64,000 bases of DNA from Dehalococcoidia bacterium UBA1162 (lineage in GTDB: Bacteria > Chloroflexota > Dehalococcoidia > GIF9 > UBA5629), in NCBI GenBank assembly GCA_002311135.1, contig DBZK01000020.1, positions 121,708 through 185,707 on the forward strand, written 5' to 3'. This document shows positions 40,676 through 52,043 of the stretch, piece by piece (the first letter of the stretch is position 1; every line of letters begins with the position of its first letter). The translations under genes were made by a program, and so were the position numbers. Below the pieces are notes generated by a model. It was not told the DNA's origin. It saw only the letters and a program-made list of their open reading frames with translations, and did no database searches.

Positions 40676-42103
40676 ATGTCCGCCGGTATTAAATTCGGCA
40701 CCGATGGCTGGCGCGCCGTTATTGCCGAGGATTTCACATTTGGTAACGTTCGCGCCTGCGCACAGGGGGTGGCCGATTTTCTGAAGACCGCCGGCACCGG
40801 CAGCAAGGGGCTGGTGATTGGATACGACACCCGTTTCGCTTCAGAGGATTTTGCAGCGGCCGCCGCCGAGGTCATCGCCGGCAACGGCATCAAGGTCATC
40901 CTGCTCTCCAAGGCAGCGCCCACGCCCGTAACAAGCTATACGCTGACCAACCTTAAGGCTGCCGGCGGCATCATGATAACCGCCAGCCATAACCCAGCCA
41001 GTTACAACGGGTTCAAGTATAAGGTTGAGACCGGCTCGAGCGCGCCCACCGAAGTAATATCTGTAATAGAGAAAGGCGCCAATGAAGCAGTAACCAGCGG
41101 CAAGATCAACCGGGTCGAGCTCAAAGACGCCATTAAGAAGAAGTCGGTCGCCTTTCATGATCCCTACCATGCCTACGCCAAACATCTGGGTAAGCTTATC
41201 GACCTGGAAGCCCTGCGGCAAAGGAAGCTGCAGATAGTGGCCGATTCCATGTTCGGCGCTGGCATCGGCTATTTTAAAAGCTTGCTGGAAGGCGGTCAGA
41301 TTGACATTCACGAGATTAACCGGGTCAGGAACCCGCTCTTCCCCGGCATCCAGCCCGAGCCCATCAGCAAGAACCTGGGCAAACTGGCCAGGCACGTCAT
41401 CAGGGATAATGCGGCCGTGGGATTAGCCACCGACGGGGACGCCGACCGCATCGGCATGGTTGATGAGAACGGCAGGTACCGCAACACACAAGAAGTGTTC
41501 GCCCTGCTCGCCATGTACTTCCTTGACGTGCGAAAGGAGCGCGGCGCCATCGTTAAAACCCTGACCTCGACAGATATGTTGTATAAGATCGGCGAACTCT
41601 ACAAGGTTCCCGTCTTCGAGACGCAGGTGGGGTTCAAATATGTGGCTCCCATAATGATAGCGGAGAACGCCCTGCTGGGCGGCGAGGAAAGCGGCGGCTA
41701 CGCTTTTCGTGGACATATCCCCGAACGCGACGGCATGCTGGCCGGCCTTTTCCTGCTCGACTATATCGCCCGCACCGGCAAGTCACCCTCCCAGCTCCTG
41801 GCTGACCTGTATAAAAAGGTTGGGCCGCATTATTATGACAGGGTGGACGTTCACCTCACAGAGGAATCCAGTCAGAAGGCCAGGGCGGCTATGGCATCCC
41901 TGGGCGAGATAGATAAAATAGGCCAGCAGAAAGTGGTCAACCTGAATAAAATAGACGGATTCCGCTACAAGCTGGAGGACGGCGCCTGGTTACTGATACG
42001 CTTCTCCGGTACGGAGCCACTCATCCGGATCTATGCAGAAAGCAGCAGCGCCGAAGAAGTGCAAAAGCTGATACAGGACGGACAAAAAATATTGGGGGTG
42101 TGA
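40676..42103 (+). CDS. phosphomannomutase/phosphoglucomutase (alpha-D-phosphohexomutase)
   Basis: KFGTDGWRAV, TASHNPASYNGFK, DGDADR. 475 aa. Confidence 0.85.
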   Translation: MSAGIKFGTDGWRAVIAEDFTFGNVRACAQGVADFLKTAGTGSKGLVIGYDTRFASEDFAAAAAEVIAGNGIKVILLSKAAPTPVTSYTLTNLKAAGGIMITASHNPASYNGFKYKVETGSSAPTEVISVIEKGANEAVTSGKINRVELKDAIKKKSVAFHDPYHAYAKHLGKLIDLEALRQRKLQIVADSMFGAGIGYFKSLLEGGQIDIHEINRVRNPLFPGIQPEPISKNLGKLARHVIRDNAAVGLATDGDADRIGMVDENGRYRNTQEVFALLAMYFLDVRKERGAIVKTLTSTDMLYKIGELYKVPVFETQVGFKYVAPIMIAENALLGGEESGGYAFRGHIPERDGMLAGLFLLDYIARTGKSPSQLLADLYKKVGPHYYDRVDVHLTEESSQKARAAMASLGEIDKIGQQKVVNLNKIDGFRYKLEDGAWLLIRFSGTEPLIRIYAESSSAEEVQKLIQDGQKILGV

Positions 42104-42106
42104 GCC

Positions 42107-43171
42107 GTGGTGAACTTGGACGATCAGGATTTATATACTTCCCTTGACAAGTCCTCGATGCGGCAGCAGATAGCCGGGCTGCCCGCACAATGCATGCAGG
42201 CCTGGAACAGCGCTGCCAATTTCAACCTGCCGCAGGATTACTCCGATATAGATAAAGTCGTCATACTGGGCATGGGCGGTTCCGCTATTGGGGGCGACCT
42301 GCTTAAGGCCCTTACAGCTTCTCTCAGCAGGCCAGCGGTATATGTTCACCGCGATTATGGACTGCCCGCTTTTGTCGACGAAAAGACGCTGGTTATAGCT
42401 TCGAGCTATTCGGGGAATACGGAAGAAACGCTCTCAGGCTTCACCGCAGCCCTGGGCACCAAATGTAAAAAGCTGGTTATTTCCACCGGGGGCCAGTTGA
42501 CCCTGCTGGCCCGCACCAAGGGCGTGCCGGTTTTCGTCATAGAGCACGTTTCTCCGCCCAGGGCGGCCCTTGGCTATAGTTTGCTACCCCTGATGGCAAT
42601 TATGCAGAACCTGGGCTTCACAGGCAGCAAATCGGAAGAAGTTAAAGGTATGGTCACTTCCCTGGCAGACCAGTGCCGTAATTGGCAGGAGGATTCTCCT
42701 CAGAAGAACAACGGGGCCAAGCAGCTTGCCGTCATCCTCGATGGTAAAGTTATAGTAGTTTACGGCGCCGGCATTCTTTCCGATGTGGCACGCCGTTGGA
42801 AGACACAGATCAATGAGAACGCAAAGGCCTGGGCCTTTTTCGAGGTCTTGCCCGAGCTAAATCACAACGCGGTCCTCGGATACCGCTATCCGGCCTGGGC
42901 CAGGGATAAAATGTACGTGATCTTCCTGCGCTGCCCTTTTATCAACATGCGAACACAATTGCGTTACAAATTTACCGGTGAGCTCCTATCGCAGAGTGAA
43001 ATAGCTTACCAGGTTTTGGATGGTGAAGGAGCTGGTGAGCTCGCTCAGATGATGAGCCTGGTGCTTCTGGGAGACTGGGTCAGCTACTATCTTGCTATAT
43101 TGAACAGCATCGACCCCAGCCCCGTACCTGAGATCGCTCTGCTGAAAAAGCGACTGGCCGAGTCCCAATAA
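42107..43171 (+). CDS. bifunctional phosphoglucose/phosphomannose isomerase (SIS-domain, archaeal-type PGI/PMI)
   Basis: 354 aa. ILGMGGSAIGGDLL and SSYSGNTEET SIS motifs. Similar architecture to crenarchaeal PGI/PMI. Confidence 0.65.
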   Translation: MVNLDDQDLYTSLDKSSMRQQIAGLPAQCMQAWNSAANFNLPQDYSDIDKVVILGMGGSAIGGDLLKALTASLSRPAVYVHRDYGLPAFVDEKTLVIASSYSGNTEETLSGFTAALGTKCKKLVISTGGQLTLLARTKGVPVFVIEHVSPPRAALGYSLLPLMAIMQNLGFTGSKSEEVKGMVTSLADQCRNWQEDSPQKNNGAKQLAVILDGKVIVVYGAGILSDVARRWKTQINENAKAWAFFEVLPELNHNAVLGYRYPAWARDKMYVIFLRCPFINMRTQLRYKFTGELLSQSEIAYQVLDGEGAGELAQMMSLVLLGDWVSYYLAILNSIDPSPVPEIALLKKRLAESQ

Positions 43172-43197
43172 AAATCCCCCTCTTGGAGGGGGATTTG
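43172..43197. terminator. bidirectional rho-independent terminator (11-bp stem aaatccccctc/gagggggattt)
   Basis: Perfect inverted repeat with a ttgg loop. The T-tract is on the minus strand (downstream of rpsI) and the A-tract on the plus strand. Confidence 0.7.
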
Positions 43198-43218
43198 AAC
43201 TCTCTTCGTGTACTTCCG

Positions 43219-43614
43219 TTAACGTTTTGTGTACTGAGGGGCTTTGCGTGCGCGTTTGAGGCCGTATTTCTTGCGTTCCTTGATCCTGGAGTCGCGCGTT
43301 AGAAGGCCATGCTGGCGCAAAGGCGCTTTGAAGCTTTCATTAGTATCCACCAGCGCACGGGCGATGCCGTGCTTGATGGCACCCGCCTGGCCGGTGATGC
43401 CGCCGCCGACAACCCTGACCTCGACGTTATATTTGCCGGAAGTATCCGTAACAATGAAGGCCTGCTCTATCATGCGCCTGTGGTCCACCAGTGGAAAGAC
43501 CTGCTGATACGGCTTCCCATTGATCATGATCTCACCCGATCCGGCTGATAGCTTCACCTGCGCGATGGCGCATTTCCTTCTGCCGGTGCCTCTATGATAA
43601 GTGGCTGCACTCAT
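43219..43614 (-). CDS. rpsI: 30S ribosomal protein S9
   Basis: 131 aa, ends ...[17 protein letters not shown]. Confidence 0.95.
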   Translation of the reverse strand: MSAATYHRGTGRRKCAIAQVKLSAGSGEIMINGKPYQQVFPLVDHRRMIEQAFIVTDTSGKYNVEVRVVGGGITGQAGAIKHGIARALVDTNESFKAPLRQHGLLTRDSRIKERKKYGLKRARKAPQYTKR

Positions 43615-44060
43615 TTAACCACGCTCCCTTCGTCTGATACTTTTGCACCGGCAACCTGCGCCTTGTGCGGATGTTCGTCACCGGCATAGACCTTTAATTT
43701 CTTATACATGGCCCGCCCCAGCCTGCTATTGGGCAGCATGCCTTTCACAGCGTGCTCGACGGCGCGGGTCGGGTGTTTTTCCAGCATCTCTCCCAGGGTG
43801 ATGGACCTGATGCCCCCCGGGTACCCGGAGTACCTGTAGTAGGATTTCTCCCTCATCTTCTTACCTGTGACCCTTATCTTGGCTGCGTTGATAACGACCA
43901 CAAAATCGCCCGTATCGATGTTGTTGGCAAACATAGCCTTGTGCTTTCCCATGAGCAATTTGGCAATCTGTACCGACATCCTGCCCAGGATCTGGCCGTT
44001 GGCATCGATAACGTGCCATTTCCTCTCGATTTCCTTTAGTTTAGGTGCATAGGTTTTCAT
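43611..44060 (-). CDS. rplM: 50S ribosomal protein L13
   Basis: 149 aa, conserved L13 N-terminus. Confidence 0.95.
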   Translation of the reverse strand: MKTYAPKLKEIERKWHVIDANGQILGRMSVQIAKLLMGKHKAMFANNIDTGDFVVVINAAKIRVTGKKMREKSYYRYSGYPGGIRSITLGEMLEKHPTRAVEHAVKGMLPNSRLGRAMYKKLKVYAGDEHPHKAQVAGAKVSDEGSVVK

Positions 44061-44832
44061 ATTTAAACTCCGAACTATCTGCGTAAGTAACCTTTACCAG
44101 ACAAAGGCCGTGCGCCGGCGCCGTCGGCCCTGCCAGGCTCAATTTCTTCGATTCTAAAATCTCCTTAAAATCTTCGACTCCCAGTTTGGACATTCCCACC
44201 CTGACAAGGGTGCCAACCATGTTACGTACCTGATGCGTCAGGAATGCGTTCGCAATAACCTGGAAGGCTATGATATCGCCTTCCTTTTTTATCCCCGTCT
44301 TATAAATATGCCGTACGGTGCTTTCTTCCCTATCCCATGAAGTAACGAATGAAGCAAAATCATGTTCACCCTTCAGCACTTTACAGGCTTCCTTCATGAG
44401 GCCGATATCCAGATCAGCACCGACGTGAAAATAAAAATCGCTGAGAAGTGGTGACCGTGATCTCCGGTTCAATATCCGGTAGCGGTATTCCCGCCTCACG
44501 GCATCTTTCATAACATTAAACTTCTCGCTAACCATGCCGGCTTTTAATACTGCAATATCTTCAGGCAGATAAAAATTCAGGCCGTTGACAAATGTATGCG
44601 GCTTCAGCGCCGCGCCGGTCCTGAAACTGACTACCTGTCCCTCGGCATGGACTCCCGTGTCGGTCCTGCAGGCTGCTACAACCCGCCTGTTCTCCCCGGT
44701 AAGCTTGTGAATGGCCTTTTCCAGTTCATCCTGGATTGTAGGCTGTCCCTTTTGCCACTGGTAACCGCAGTAGCGCTTGCCGTTGTATTCGACTACGAGG
44801 GCTATTTTTCTTAAGTTATTAAAGAGCTCCAC
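44041..44832 (-). CDS. truA: tRNA pseudouridine(38-40) synthase
   Basis: [18 protein letters not shown]...RTDTGVHA catalytic Asp motif. 263 aa. Confidence 0.9.
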   Translation of the reverse strand: MELFNNLRKIALVVEYNGKRYCGYQWQKGQPTIQDELEKAIHKLTGENRRVVAACRTDTGVHAEGQVVSFRTGAALKPHTFVNGLNFYLPEDIAVLKAGMVSEKFNVMKDAVRREYRYRILNRRSRSPLLSDFYFHVGADLDIGLMKEACKVLKGEHDFASFVTSWDREESTVRHIYKTGIKKEGDIIAFQVIANAFLTHQVRNMVGTLVRVGMSKLGVEDFKEILESKKLSLAGPTAPAHGLCLVKVTYADSSEFKYENLCT

Positions 44833-44847
44833 CTGCGCACAAGTTGT

Positions 44848-45201
44848 TTATTCCACCATTTCGATAAGTGCCATGGGCGCCTTATCACCTTCGCGCGGGC
44901 CCAGCTTCAATACCCTGGTATAGCCGCCCGGGCGCGATTTATATCTCGGTGCATAAACAGTAAAGACCTTATCCACGATTTTCTCGTCGAAGATAAAGGC
45001 GAGGGCCCTCCTGCGTGACGCCAAGCTCCCCTCTTTTCCCAGGGTAACCATCTTGTCCGCCAGGCTCCGTGCTTCCTTGGCTTTGGGCAGTGTGGTTGTG
45101 ATCTTCTCATGGTTGAGCAGATCGGTAACCAGATTACGGTATAAAGACCAGCGGTGCGCCGCAGGCCTTCCTAATTTTCTTCCGGAAAGCTTGTGTCTCA
45201 T
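44848..45201 (-). CDS. rplQ: 50S ribosomal protein L17
   Basis: 117 aa, [12 protein letters not shown]... Confidence 0.95.
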   Translation of the reverse strand: MRHKLSGRKLGRPAAHRWSLYRNLVTDLLNHEKITTTLPKAKEARSLADKMVTLGKEGSLASRRRALAFIFDEKIVDKVFTVYAPRYKSRPGGYTRVLKLGPREGDKAPMALIEMVE

Positions 45202-45204
45202 CAG

Positions 45205-46233
45205 TTATTCACCTTCAGAGCCTGTATCGTTTACACGCCCTTTCTTCTTTTTATCTTTTTCCATAGGGATACCGGTTAATTCAACTCCCAATTCCTTCAA
45301 AGCCACTTCCACTTCTTCCCTGGATTTTACGCCGAACCCACCCAGGGACATCAGGCCATCCAGACCCTTTTCCAGCAACTGCCCTGTCATGGTTATGCCC
45401 CCGCGGCGCAGGCTATTATAGGTGTGAGTGGAGAGATTGAGCTTCTCAAGAGGCATATTGTATACATCGGTCGGGATCGACTTCTGCCAGGCCTCGACCT
45501 CCTCTTTTTCAGCGATGGTCGTAGCCAGTCCGGTAAAGCAATTAAACTGCTCAACCAGTATCGAGGCGCTCTCGCCTATAGCTTCTATGGGATCGATAGT
45601 GCCGTCCGTCCAGATCTCCATAACCAGCCGTTCTTTTCCGGCGCCCTGGCCGGGACCGCTGCTCTCGACTAAGTAGTTGGCACGGGTGATCGGGGAGTAT
45701 ATAGCATCGACTGATATCTCCTTGCTAGTCCCGCCGCTGGTCACGATTATGCCCACATTATCGCCGGCGCTGGCTGTCTGGTAGCCTTTATCTACCTTAA
45801 TGTTGAACTCAACATTAAGCTTGGCTTCGCTCGAATCCAGAGTGGAGAGGTAAAGTTCCGGGTTGACTATCTCAAAATTGGGCGGGCCGACAATCGAGAT
45901 ATCGGATGCATGCACATCCATCTTGCCCTTTACATTGAGAACCATCTTGCCGGAGGTTGCCTCTTTGGATAAGATCTTAATCCTGATATCGCGCGCATTT
46001 AAGAGGAAATCGATCATATCCTCTTTCATATTGGAGATAGTGCTGAATTCCTGAGTTATGCCCTCGATCATGACGGAATTAACAGCCGCGCCCGTAAGCG
46101 AGCTGAGGAGCACACGCCGCAGACTGTTACCGAGAATTACACCAAAGCCTTTCTCTAAGGGTTCCGCGATGAATTTACCGTAGTTCTCCTTGTATAAGGT
46201 GCACTCAATTTTTGGCAAAACTATTTGAACCAA
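45205..46233 (-). CDS. rpoA: DNA-directed RNA polymerase subunit alpha
   Basis: 342 aa, NTD/CTD architecture, GNSLRRVLLSS. Confidence 0.95.
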   Translation of the reverse strand: MVQIVLPKIECTLYKENYGKFIAEPLEKGFGVILGNSLRRVLLSSLTGAAVNSVMIEGITQEFSTISNMKEDMIDFLLNARDIRIKILSKEATSGKMVLNVKGKMDVHASDISIVGPPNFEIVNPELYLSTLDSSEAKLNVEFNIKVDKGYQTASAGDNVGIIVTSGGTSKEISVDAIYSPITRANYLVESSGPGQGAGKERLVMEIWTDGTIDPIEAIGESASILVEQFNCFTGLATTIAEKEEVEAWQKSIPTDVYNMPLEKLNLSTHTYNSLRRGGITMTGQLLEKGLDGLMSLGGFGVKSREEVEVALKELGVELTGIPMEKDKKKKGRVNDTGSEGE

Positions 46234-46241
46234 AAATCCTC

Positions 46242-46880
46242 CTACCGTGAATAGAATTCCACGATTGCTTTCTCGTCAAAATTCGTCCTTATTTCCTGGG
46301 CAGCCGGCAGTACTAAAACTTTGCCGACCATGTTTTCTTTTTCAAGGGACAACCATGCAGGTATATCCTTATCCTCGATCTTCTCAACCAGGATTTTGTA
46401 ATATTCGTTTTTAGTACTTTCTTTGCGCCATTCTATGAGATCGTCCGCCTTAACCAAGCAGGAGGGCACGTTGGTTTTGCGCCCGTTCAACTTGATATGT
46501 CCATGCCTGACAATTTGCCTGGCCTGCGACCTTGAATCGGCGAAGCCCAACCGGAATACAACATTGTCCAGCCTTCGTTCCAGCAGGACCAGCAGGTTAG
46601 CGCCTTTAATGCCGGGCAACCTGGAGGCTTCCTCAAAAAAGCGCCTGAATTGCCTTTCATAGCTTCCGTAGGTGTATTTGGCCTTCTGCTTTTCCATTAA
46701 CTGGATGCCGTGATCGGATACCTTGGATCGCCTTCTTCCCTTGCTGGAAGCGTGCGGTCCCGGAGGTGTGTTGCGGCGCTCGATGGCGCATTTTTCGCCA
46801 AAGCACCTCTGGCCTTTGAGCATCAATTTAGTACCGGTACGGCGGCACAGCCGGCAGTAAGCTTCAGTATATCTAGCCAT
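46242..46880 (-). CDS. rpsD: 30S ribosomal protein S4 (Cys4 zinc-finger form)
   Basis: 212 aa. N-terminal CRLC...CFGEKC. Confidence 0.95.
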   Translation of the reverse strand: MARYTEAYCRLCRRTGTKLMLKGQRCFGEKCAIERRNTPPGPHASSKGRRRSKVSDHGIQLMEKQKAKYTYGSYERQFRRFFEEASRLPGIKGANLLVLLERRLDNVVFRLGFADSRSQARQIVRHGHIKLNGRKTNVPSCLVKADDLIEWRKESTKNEYYKILVEKIEDKDIPAWLSLEKENMVGKVLVLPAAQEIRTNFDEKAIVEFYSR

Positions 46881-46883
46881 ATT

Positions 46884-47276
46884 TTATACTCGCCTTCGTT
46901 TTCTCGGCCTGCACCCGTTATGAGGAACAGGTGTTACGTCCCGGATGCCGGTTACGGTAATGCCCGATGCCTGAATAGCCCTGATAGCCGCTTCACGTCC
47001 GCTGCCCGGACCCCTTACAAACACCTCCACTTGGCGTAAACCGTGTTCTTTGGCCTTAGCGGAAGCGCCCTGAGCGGCCATCTGCGCAGCATATGGTGTG
47101 CCCTTGCGGGAGCCTTTGAAGCCCGCAGTGCCCGAGCTGCCCCAGGAAATTACTCCGCCTTTGGGATCGGTTAAAGTGATGATAGTATTATTAAAAGATG
47201 ATGTAATGAAGGCCTTACCTTCATGGATCAGCTTTTTTTCACGCCTTTTGGTTCTTACTTTCTTTTTCTGCGGCAT
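46884..47276 (-). CDS. rpsK: 30S ribosomal protein S11
   Basis: 130 aa. Confidence 0.95.
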   Translation of the reverse strand: MPQKKKVRTKRREKKLIHEGKAFITSSFNNTIITLTDPKGGVISWGSSGTAGFKGSRKGTPYAAQMAAQGASAKAKEHGLRQVEVFVRGPGSGREAAIRAIQASGITVTGIRDVTPVPHNGCRPRKRRRV

Positions 47277-47293
47277 ATTACCTGGTTACTCCT

Positions 47294-47683
47294 TTATTTC
47301 TTAGTAGCTCCGCGTTTCTGACCGCGCCCGGCGACCGTCTTCTTGGCCCCACGCTTGGTACGCGCATTGGTGCGGGTCCTCTGCCCTCTCACCGGCAAAT
47401 TCCTCTTGTGCCTTATCCCGCGGCGGCTACCTATCTCGATCAGCCGCTTGATATTCATGGTGACTTCTTTGCGCAGTTCACCCTCTACACTGTATTCCTT
47501 GTCGATCTTTTCGCGTATATGGCTGACTTCTTCTTCCGTAAGGTCTTTAACCTTCTTGGTAGGATCGATTTTCAGATCCGTCAATATTTTCTTGCTTATG
47601 CTGGATCCGATCCCATGGATATACTGCAGGGAAAACAGCACCTGCTTTTCCCTCGGGATGTCTACGCCTGAAATACGAGCCAT
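47294..47683 (-). CDS. rpsM: 30S ribosomal protein S13
   Basis: 129 aa, [10 protein letters not shown]. Confidence 0.95.
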   Translation of the reverse strand: MARISGVDIPREKQVLFSLQYIHGIGSSISKKILTDLKIDPTKKVKDLTEEEVSHIREKIDKEYSVEGELRKEVTMNIKRLIEIGSRRGIRHKRNLPVRGQRTRTNARTKRGAKKTVAGRGQKRGATKK

Positions 47684-47703
47684 GTTTTAATCTACTCCTG
47701 TGC

Positions 47704-47817
47704 CTATCCCTGACGCTGCTTATGCTTGGGGTTAGTACAAATTACCCTTACAACGCCGCGGCGCCGGATTATTTTACACTTTTCACAACGTTTTTTTACC
47801 GAAGCTCTGACCTTCAT
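47704..47817 (-). CDS. rpmJ: 50S ribosomal protein L36 (zinc-ribbon form); not in ORF track
   Basis: Hand translation of the minus strand gives [37 protein letters not shown] (37 aa), the canonical L36 between infA and rpsM. Confidence 0.9.
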   Translation of the reverse strand: MKVRASVKKRCEKCKIIRRRGVVRVICTNPKHKQRQG

Positions 47818-47901
47818 TTCCGATTATATCCTTGTTTCTTAAAAAAACCGCTTAATAATATATCTCTTTATTCACTTTATGTCAAAAGAAGCCGCTCGTC
47901 T

Positions 47902-48120
47902 TCACTTGAACCGGTAAGTTATCCTGCCCCGGGTCAGGTCATACGGTGAAAGCTCTACCAGAACCTTATCCGCCGGCAGTATCCTGATATAATGCCTGCG
48001 CATTTTGCCCGAGATATGGGCCAGTACCTTGTGACCATTGGCCAATTCCACTCGAAAATTAGCATTGGGCAACGATTCAATTACCGTTCCTTCGACCTCA
48101 ATGGCTTCTTTTTTATCCAT
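47902..48120 (-). CDS. infA: translation initiation factor IF-1
   Basis: 72 aa S1-like OB fold. Confidence 0.95.
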   Translation of the reverse strand: MDKKEAIEVEGTVIESLPNANFRVELANGHKVLAHISGKMRRHYIRILPADKVLVELSPYDLTRGRITYRFK

Positions 48121-48129
48121 ATAATAAGT

Positions 48130-48879
48130 TTACAGCAAGGTAAGTATTTCAGCCTCATCTTTCCTGATGGCAATGGTATGCTCGAAGTGGGCCGATAGGC
48201 TACCGTCCGACGTGTGCACGGTCCAGCCGTTGCTGTTCAGCCTGGTCTTCCAGCCGCCGATATTGACCATCGGCTCCAGGGCGAGCGTCATGCCTTCACG
48301 CAGTTTTAGGCCTTCGCCCTTCCTGCCGAAGTTGGGCACCAGAGGGTCCTCGTGCATATCCTTACCGATGCCATGCCCCGAGTACTCCCTCACAACGCTG
48401 TAGCCTTTCGATTCAACGAAAGTCTGTACAGCCGCCCCGATATCGCTCAGGTTGCCGCCGTCGCGTGCAGCGCTGATACCTTCTGCCAGGGATGCTTTGG
48501 TGACTTCCATCAACTTAAGGGCCTCAGAGCTGACTTTGCCGACGCCTACTGTTATGGCAGCATCACCCTGGAACCCCCTGAAAAGCACACCGAAATCCAA
48601 TGAGACTATATCGCCTTCTGTTAAAACTCTATTACCTGGTATGCCATGTACTATTTCATCATTGACCGAGACGCAGACGTTGGCCGGAAAGCCATGGTAG
48701 CCCTTAAAAGAAGCGCGGGCGCCGTTCCACCTGCCGATTTCTTCCTCGGCAAGTTTATCGAGTTGCCTGGTTTTCATACCCGGTTTCACGGCCTCTTTCA
48801 TTTTCTGCAACACAGTAGCTACAATTCTTCCGGCCTCTCGCATGACAGCGATCTCTTCGGCCGATTTGATGATCGTCAT
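48130..48879 (-). CDS. map: type I methionine aminopeptidase
   Basis: 249 aa, metal ligands in the DFG/HGIG/E motifs. Confidence 0.95.
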   Translation of the reverse strand: MTIIKSAEEIAVMREAGRIVATVLQKMKEAVKPGMKTRQLDKLAEEEIGRWNGARASFKGYHGFPANVCVSVNDEIVHGIPGNRVLTEGDIVSLDFGVLFRGFQGDAAITVGVGKVSSEALKLMEVTKASLAEGISAARDGGNLSDIGAAVQTFVESKGYSVVREYSGHGIGKDMHEDPLVPNFGRKGEGLKLREGMTLALEPMVNIGGWKTRLNSNGWTVHTSDGSLSAHFEHTIAIRKDEAEILTLL

Positions 48880-49545
48880 TTATTTCTTCTGTTTCAGTCC
48901 TCTCAGGAATTTTACTATGTCTTTGCCGACCTGGTCGATATGCTGATTGCCGTTGACCCTGAAAAGCCTGCCCTTTTTATTATAGTAATCAAGCAACGGC
49001 ATGGTCTGGGCAAAATAGACCTTCAGCCTTTCCTTAATAGTCTCTTCCTTATCATCAGCCCTCTGGTAAAGTTCGCCGGAACATTTATCGCACACACCCT
49101 CCTTCTTAGGCGGAGAGTTCTTCTTGTGGTAAGGGGTCTGGCAGGTGCGGCAAACGAAACGGCCGGTCAGCCTGTCGAGCAGTGCGCTCTCCGGGACCTC
49201 TATATAGATGGCCTTCTCTATCGATTTGCCCTGCTTTTCAAGGGCGGCATCGAGTGCTTTGGCCTGGTCCAGTGTCCTGGGGAAGCCGTCGAAAACACAG
49301 CCGTCATTGCAGTCGGGCTGTGCAATGCGTTCAAGAATCATCTTGATAGTTATCCCATCGGGAACCAGGTTACCGGCTTTCATATAGGATTCGGCCTGCT
49401 TGCCCAGTTCCGTACCGTTTTTAAGGGCATGCCTGAACAGGTCCCCCGAAGCCACGTGAGGCAAGGACATCTCTTTTACTATAATATCTGCCTGAGTACC
49501 CTTCCCCGCCCCGGGCGCCCCAAGCAATATAAAGAACATTTTCAA
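48880..49545 (-). CDS. adk: adenylate kinase (Cys4 zinc-lid form)
   Basis: GAPGAGKGTQA P-loop. Lid CRTC...CDKC. Confidence 0.95.
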   Translation of the reverse strand: MKMFFILLGAPGAGKGTQADIIVKEMSLPHVASGDLFRHALKNGTELGKQAESYMKAGNLVPDGITIKMILERIAQPDCNDGCVFDGFPRTLDQAKALDAALEKQGKSIEKAIYIEVPESALLDRLTGRFVCRTCQTPYHKKNSPPKKEGVCDKCSGELYQRADDKEETIKERLKVYFAQTMPLLDYYNKKGRLFRVNGNQHIDQVGKDIVKFLRGLKQKK

Positions 49546-49552
49546 ATCCTCC

Positions 49553-50872
49553 TTATTTTAGGAAACCTTCATAGCGCCTCATGGTGAGCTGCGCTTCAAT
49601 TTGCTTCATCGTATCCAGTGCCACGCCGACCACGATGAGGATGCCGGTGCTCGAAAGAGTCATATTGGCCACATCGGTGAGCGACCTGGCAAAGAACGGC
49701 ATAATGGCCACGACTGCCAGGAAGATAGCGCCTCCCCAGGTCAACCGGTTAATAACTCCGTTTAAATAGTCCGTAGTGGGCTTTCCCGGCCTGACACCGG
49801 GTATGAACCCTCCCTGGCGCTGCAAGGTGTGGGCCAGGTCCATCTGCTCAAATATAACCATGGTATAGAAGAATGTGAAGGCCACCACAAGTACGAAATA
49901 GACAACCCAGTAAAATAGGCCTATGGGCAATGCCGTGGCGGGATTGAACCACAGCATGATAGTATTGGCAAAATTAGGCTCCTGACCGTTGGGAGCTGCA
50001 AAATAGCTGGCTACAGTGCCGGGGAAAATCAATAGGGACATGGCGAAGATCAGGGGTATCATGCCTGCCATATTCACCCTGAGAGGAACATAGGTGGAAC
50101 CGGCCTGGCGGTACATCTTGCCGCCCCTGAAGGCCGTCCTTGCATACTGTACCGGTATACGTCGGTGACCCTCAGTAAAAATAACGATCATTACTACCGT
50201 CACCAGGGCCAGCACAGCGAAGACCACTATACCGATCCAGTTGGTCGACGCCGAGACGAACCCGCCGCCGACCGCAGTGGGGAGCTGGGCGATAATGCCG
50301 CCGAAGATGATGATCGAAACACCGTTACCTATGCCCCTTTCCGTAATCAGCTCGCCGATCCAGACCAGGAACATAGTGCCGGCTGTCAACGTTATAATAA
50401 TGGCTATTGTTTCAAGGGGACCTGTTGGAAGCACACCGCCCTGGCTGCGGAGAAGTTGCAACTGGGCGAAGCCCTGAAGGGCGGCCAGGGGAATGGTAAG
50501 CCAGTGGGTTATCTTATTGATGCTGTCCCTGCCTGCTTCTCCTTCTTCCGAGAGCTTGCGCAGCGCCGGGATAACAGGCACCAGCAACTGCATAATAATC
50601 GATGAAGTAATATAGGGATACACACCCATGGCCGCAATGCTGAAATACCTCATAGCACCGCCGCTAAACAGGTCGAGCATGCCCAGCAACTGACTGCGCT
50701 GGAATATCTGCTGCAGCGCCGCTACGTCTACACCGGGAATAGGCACATGGGCAACAAACCTGAATATCACCAGCATGGCGAAGGTAAATAGCAATTTTTG
50801 CCTCAAATCAGGCAGTGAAAACGCATCGATCATCGCCTGGATCAGGCGGGGCCTGGATTGTGTCTGCGGCAT
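49553..50872 (-). CDS. secY: preprotein translocase subunit SecY
   Basis: 439 aa, 10 TM. Confidence 0.95.
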   Translation of the reverse strand: MPQTQSRPRLIQAMIDAFSLPDLRQKLLFTFAMLVIFRFVAHVPIPGVDVAALQQIFQRSQLLGMLDLFSGGAMRYFSIAAMGVYPYITSSIIMQLLVPVIPALRKLSEEGEAGRDSINKITHWLTIPLAALQGFAQLQLLRSQGGVLPTGPLETIAIIITLTAGTMFLVWIGELITERGIGNGVSIIIFGGIIAQLPTAVGGGFVSASTNWIGIVVFAVLALVTVVMIVIFTEGHRRIPVQYARTAFRGGKMYRQAGSTYVPLRVNMAGMIPLIFAMSLLIFPGTVASYFAAPNGQEPNFANTIMLWFNPATALPIGLFYWVVYFVLVVAFTFFYTMVIFEQMDLAHTLQRQGGFIPGVRPGKPTTDYLNGVINRLTWGGAIFLAVVAIMPFFARSLTDVANMTLSSTGILIVVGVALDTMKQIEAQLTMRRYEGFLK

Positions 50873-50873
50873 A

Positions 50874-51317
50874 TTAGATCTCCTCTACCTTGCCACCCGC
50901 TGCTTCAATTTTTGTCTTTGCAGTTGCAGAAAATTTGTTAGCTCTGACCGTTAAAGACCTTTCAAGCTCCCCGTTGCCGAGTATCTTAACCGGAAATTTG
51001 ATCGATTTAACCAGTCCTTTATCCTGCATGGATTCGGGGCTGACCGCCGAACCTGCATCAAACAGCTTTAAGTCGCCCACATTGACCACGCTGTACTGGA
51101 TTTTGGCGACATTGGTAAATCCCCTCAGCCACGGCAACCTTTTGATGATCGGAAGCTGCCCGCCTTCAAAGCCGGGGCGCAGATCACGCCCGGAGCGCGA
51201 TTTCTGCCCTTTGCATCCGCGCGTAGAGAATGTGCCGTGTCCGCTGCCGTCACCGCAGCCAACACGTTTTTTCTTGTGTTTGGCCCCTGCAGGGGGCTTC
51301 AAATTACTTTGATCCAT
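50874..51317 (-). CDS. rplO: 50S ribosomal protein L15
   Basis: 147 aa. Confidence 0.95.
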   Translation of the reverse strand: MDQSNLKPPAGAKHKKKRVGCGDGSGHGTFSTRGCKGQKSRSGRDLRPGFEGGQLPIIKRLPWLRGFTNVAKIQYSVVNVGDLKLFDAGSAVSPESMQDKGLVKSIKFPVKILGNGELERSLTVRANKFSATAKTKIEAAGGKVEEI

Positions 51318-51498
51318 TATCGTTCTCTTCTACCAATAACATATGGTTAACTTTGGCAATCATACCCCGGATAACGGGAGTATCCTCTTTTTCGACCGTC
51401 TCATTCAGCCTGTGAAAGCCAAGCGCTTTAAGCGTGCGCTTCTGGTCGCCCGGGTATCCTATATCGCTTTTTATCCACTTGATGCGTATTTTAGCCAC
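51304..51498 (-). CDS. rpmD: 50S ribosomal protein L30
   Basis: 64 aa, [11 protein letters not shown]. Confidence 0.9.
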   Translation of the reverse strand: MAKIRIKWIKSDIGYPGDQKRTLKALGFHRLNETVEKEDTPVIRGMIAKVNHMLLVEENDNGSK

Positions 51499-51502
51499 CT
51501 GC

Positions 51503-52033
51503 TTAACTCTCCTCGGTTCCAGACTGTCCCTTGCGTCTCCTGATGCTTTCCCCGGGATTCCTCAGGTTAGCCAAAGCAAGCATAGTTGCTTTAGTAACGT
51601 TAACCGGGTTGGAGCACCCTAGTGATTTGGTCAAAATATCTTTGATCCCGGCTGCCTCAACCACCGCGCGCACACCGCCGCCGGCAATAACCCCTGTGCC
51701 GGGGGAGGCGGGCTTTACCAGGACCCTTGCAGCGCCGAATTTGGAAAGGCTCTCATGCGGGATGGTGGTATTCAGGAATACCACGCCGATTACGTTCTTC
51801 TTGGCAGCCACACCGGCCTTGCGGATGGCTTCGGGAACTTCCCTGGCCTTCCCAAGGCCCACTCCGACATGGCCTTTGCCGTCACCGACCACCACCAAGG
51901 CGCGGAAATGCAGGTTTTTACCGCCTTTCACGACTTTGGTAACGCGGGTCAGCGAGACCAGCTTCTCGGTAAACTCCATTTCACTGGTATCGATCCTCGG
52001 CTTGGGTAAATGTATTCTTGTCGATGCTTTCAT
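51503..52033 (-). CDS. rpsE: 30S ribosomal protein S5
   Basis: 176 aa including a possible N-terminal extension. The internal Met (MEFTEK) is an alternative start. Confidence 0.9.
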   Translation of the reverse strand: MKASTRIHLPKPRIDTSEMEFTEKLVSLTRVTKVVKGGKNLHFRALVVVGDGKGHVGVGLGKAREVPEAIRKAGVAAKKNVIGVVFLNTTIPHESLSKFGAARVLVKPASPGTGVIAGGGVRAVVEAAGIKDILTKSLGCSNPVNVTKATMLALANLRNPGESIRRRKGQSGTEES

Positions 52034-52043
52034 ACTTAAATCC

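Noticed and set aside
48646-49587. 313-aa plus-strand ORF antisense to map and adk
   Set aside because: It spans two unrelated conserved genes on the other strand. Its hydrophobic low-complexity translation makes it a shadow ORF.
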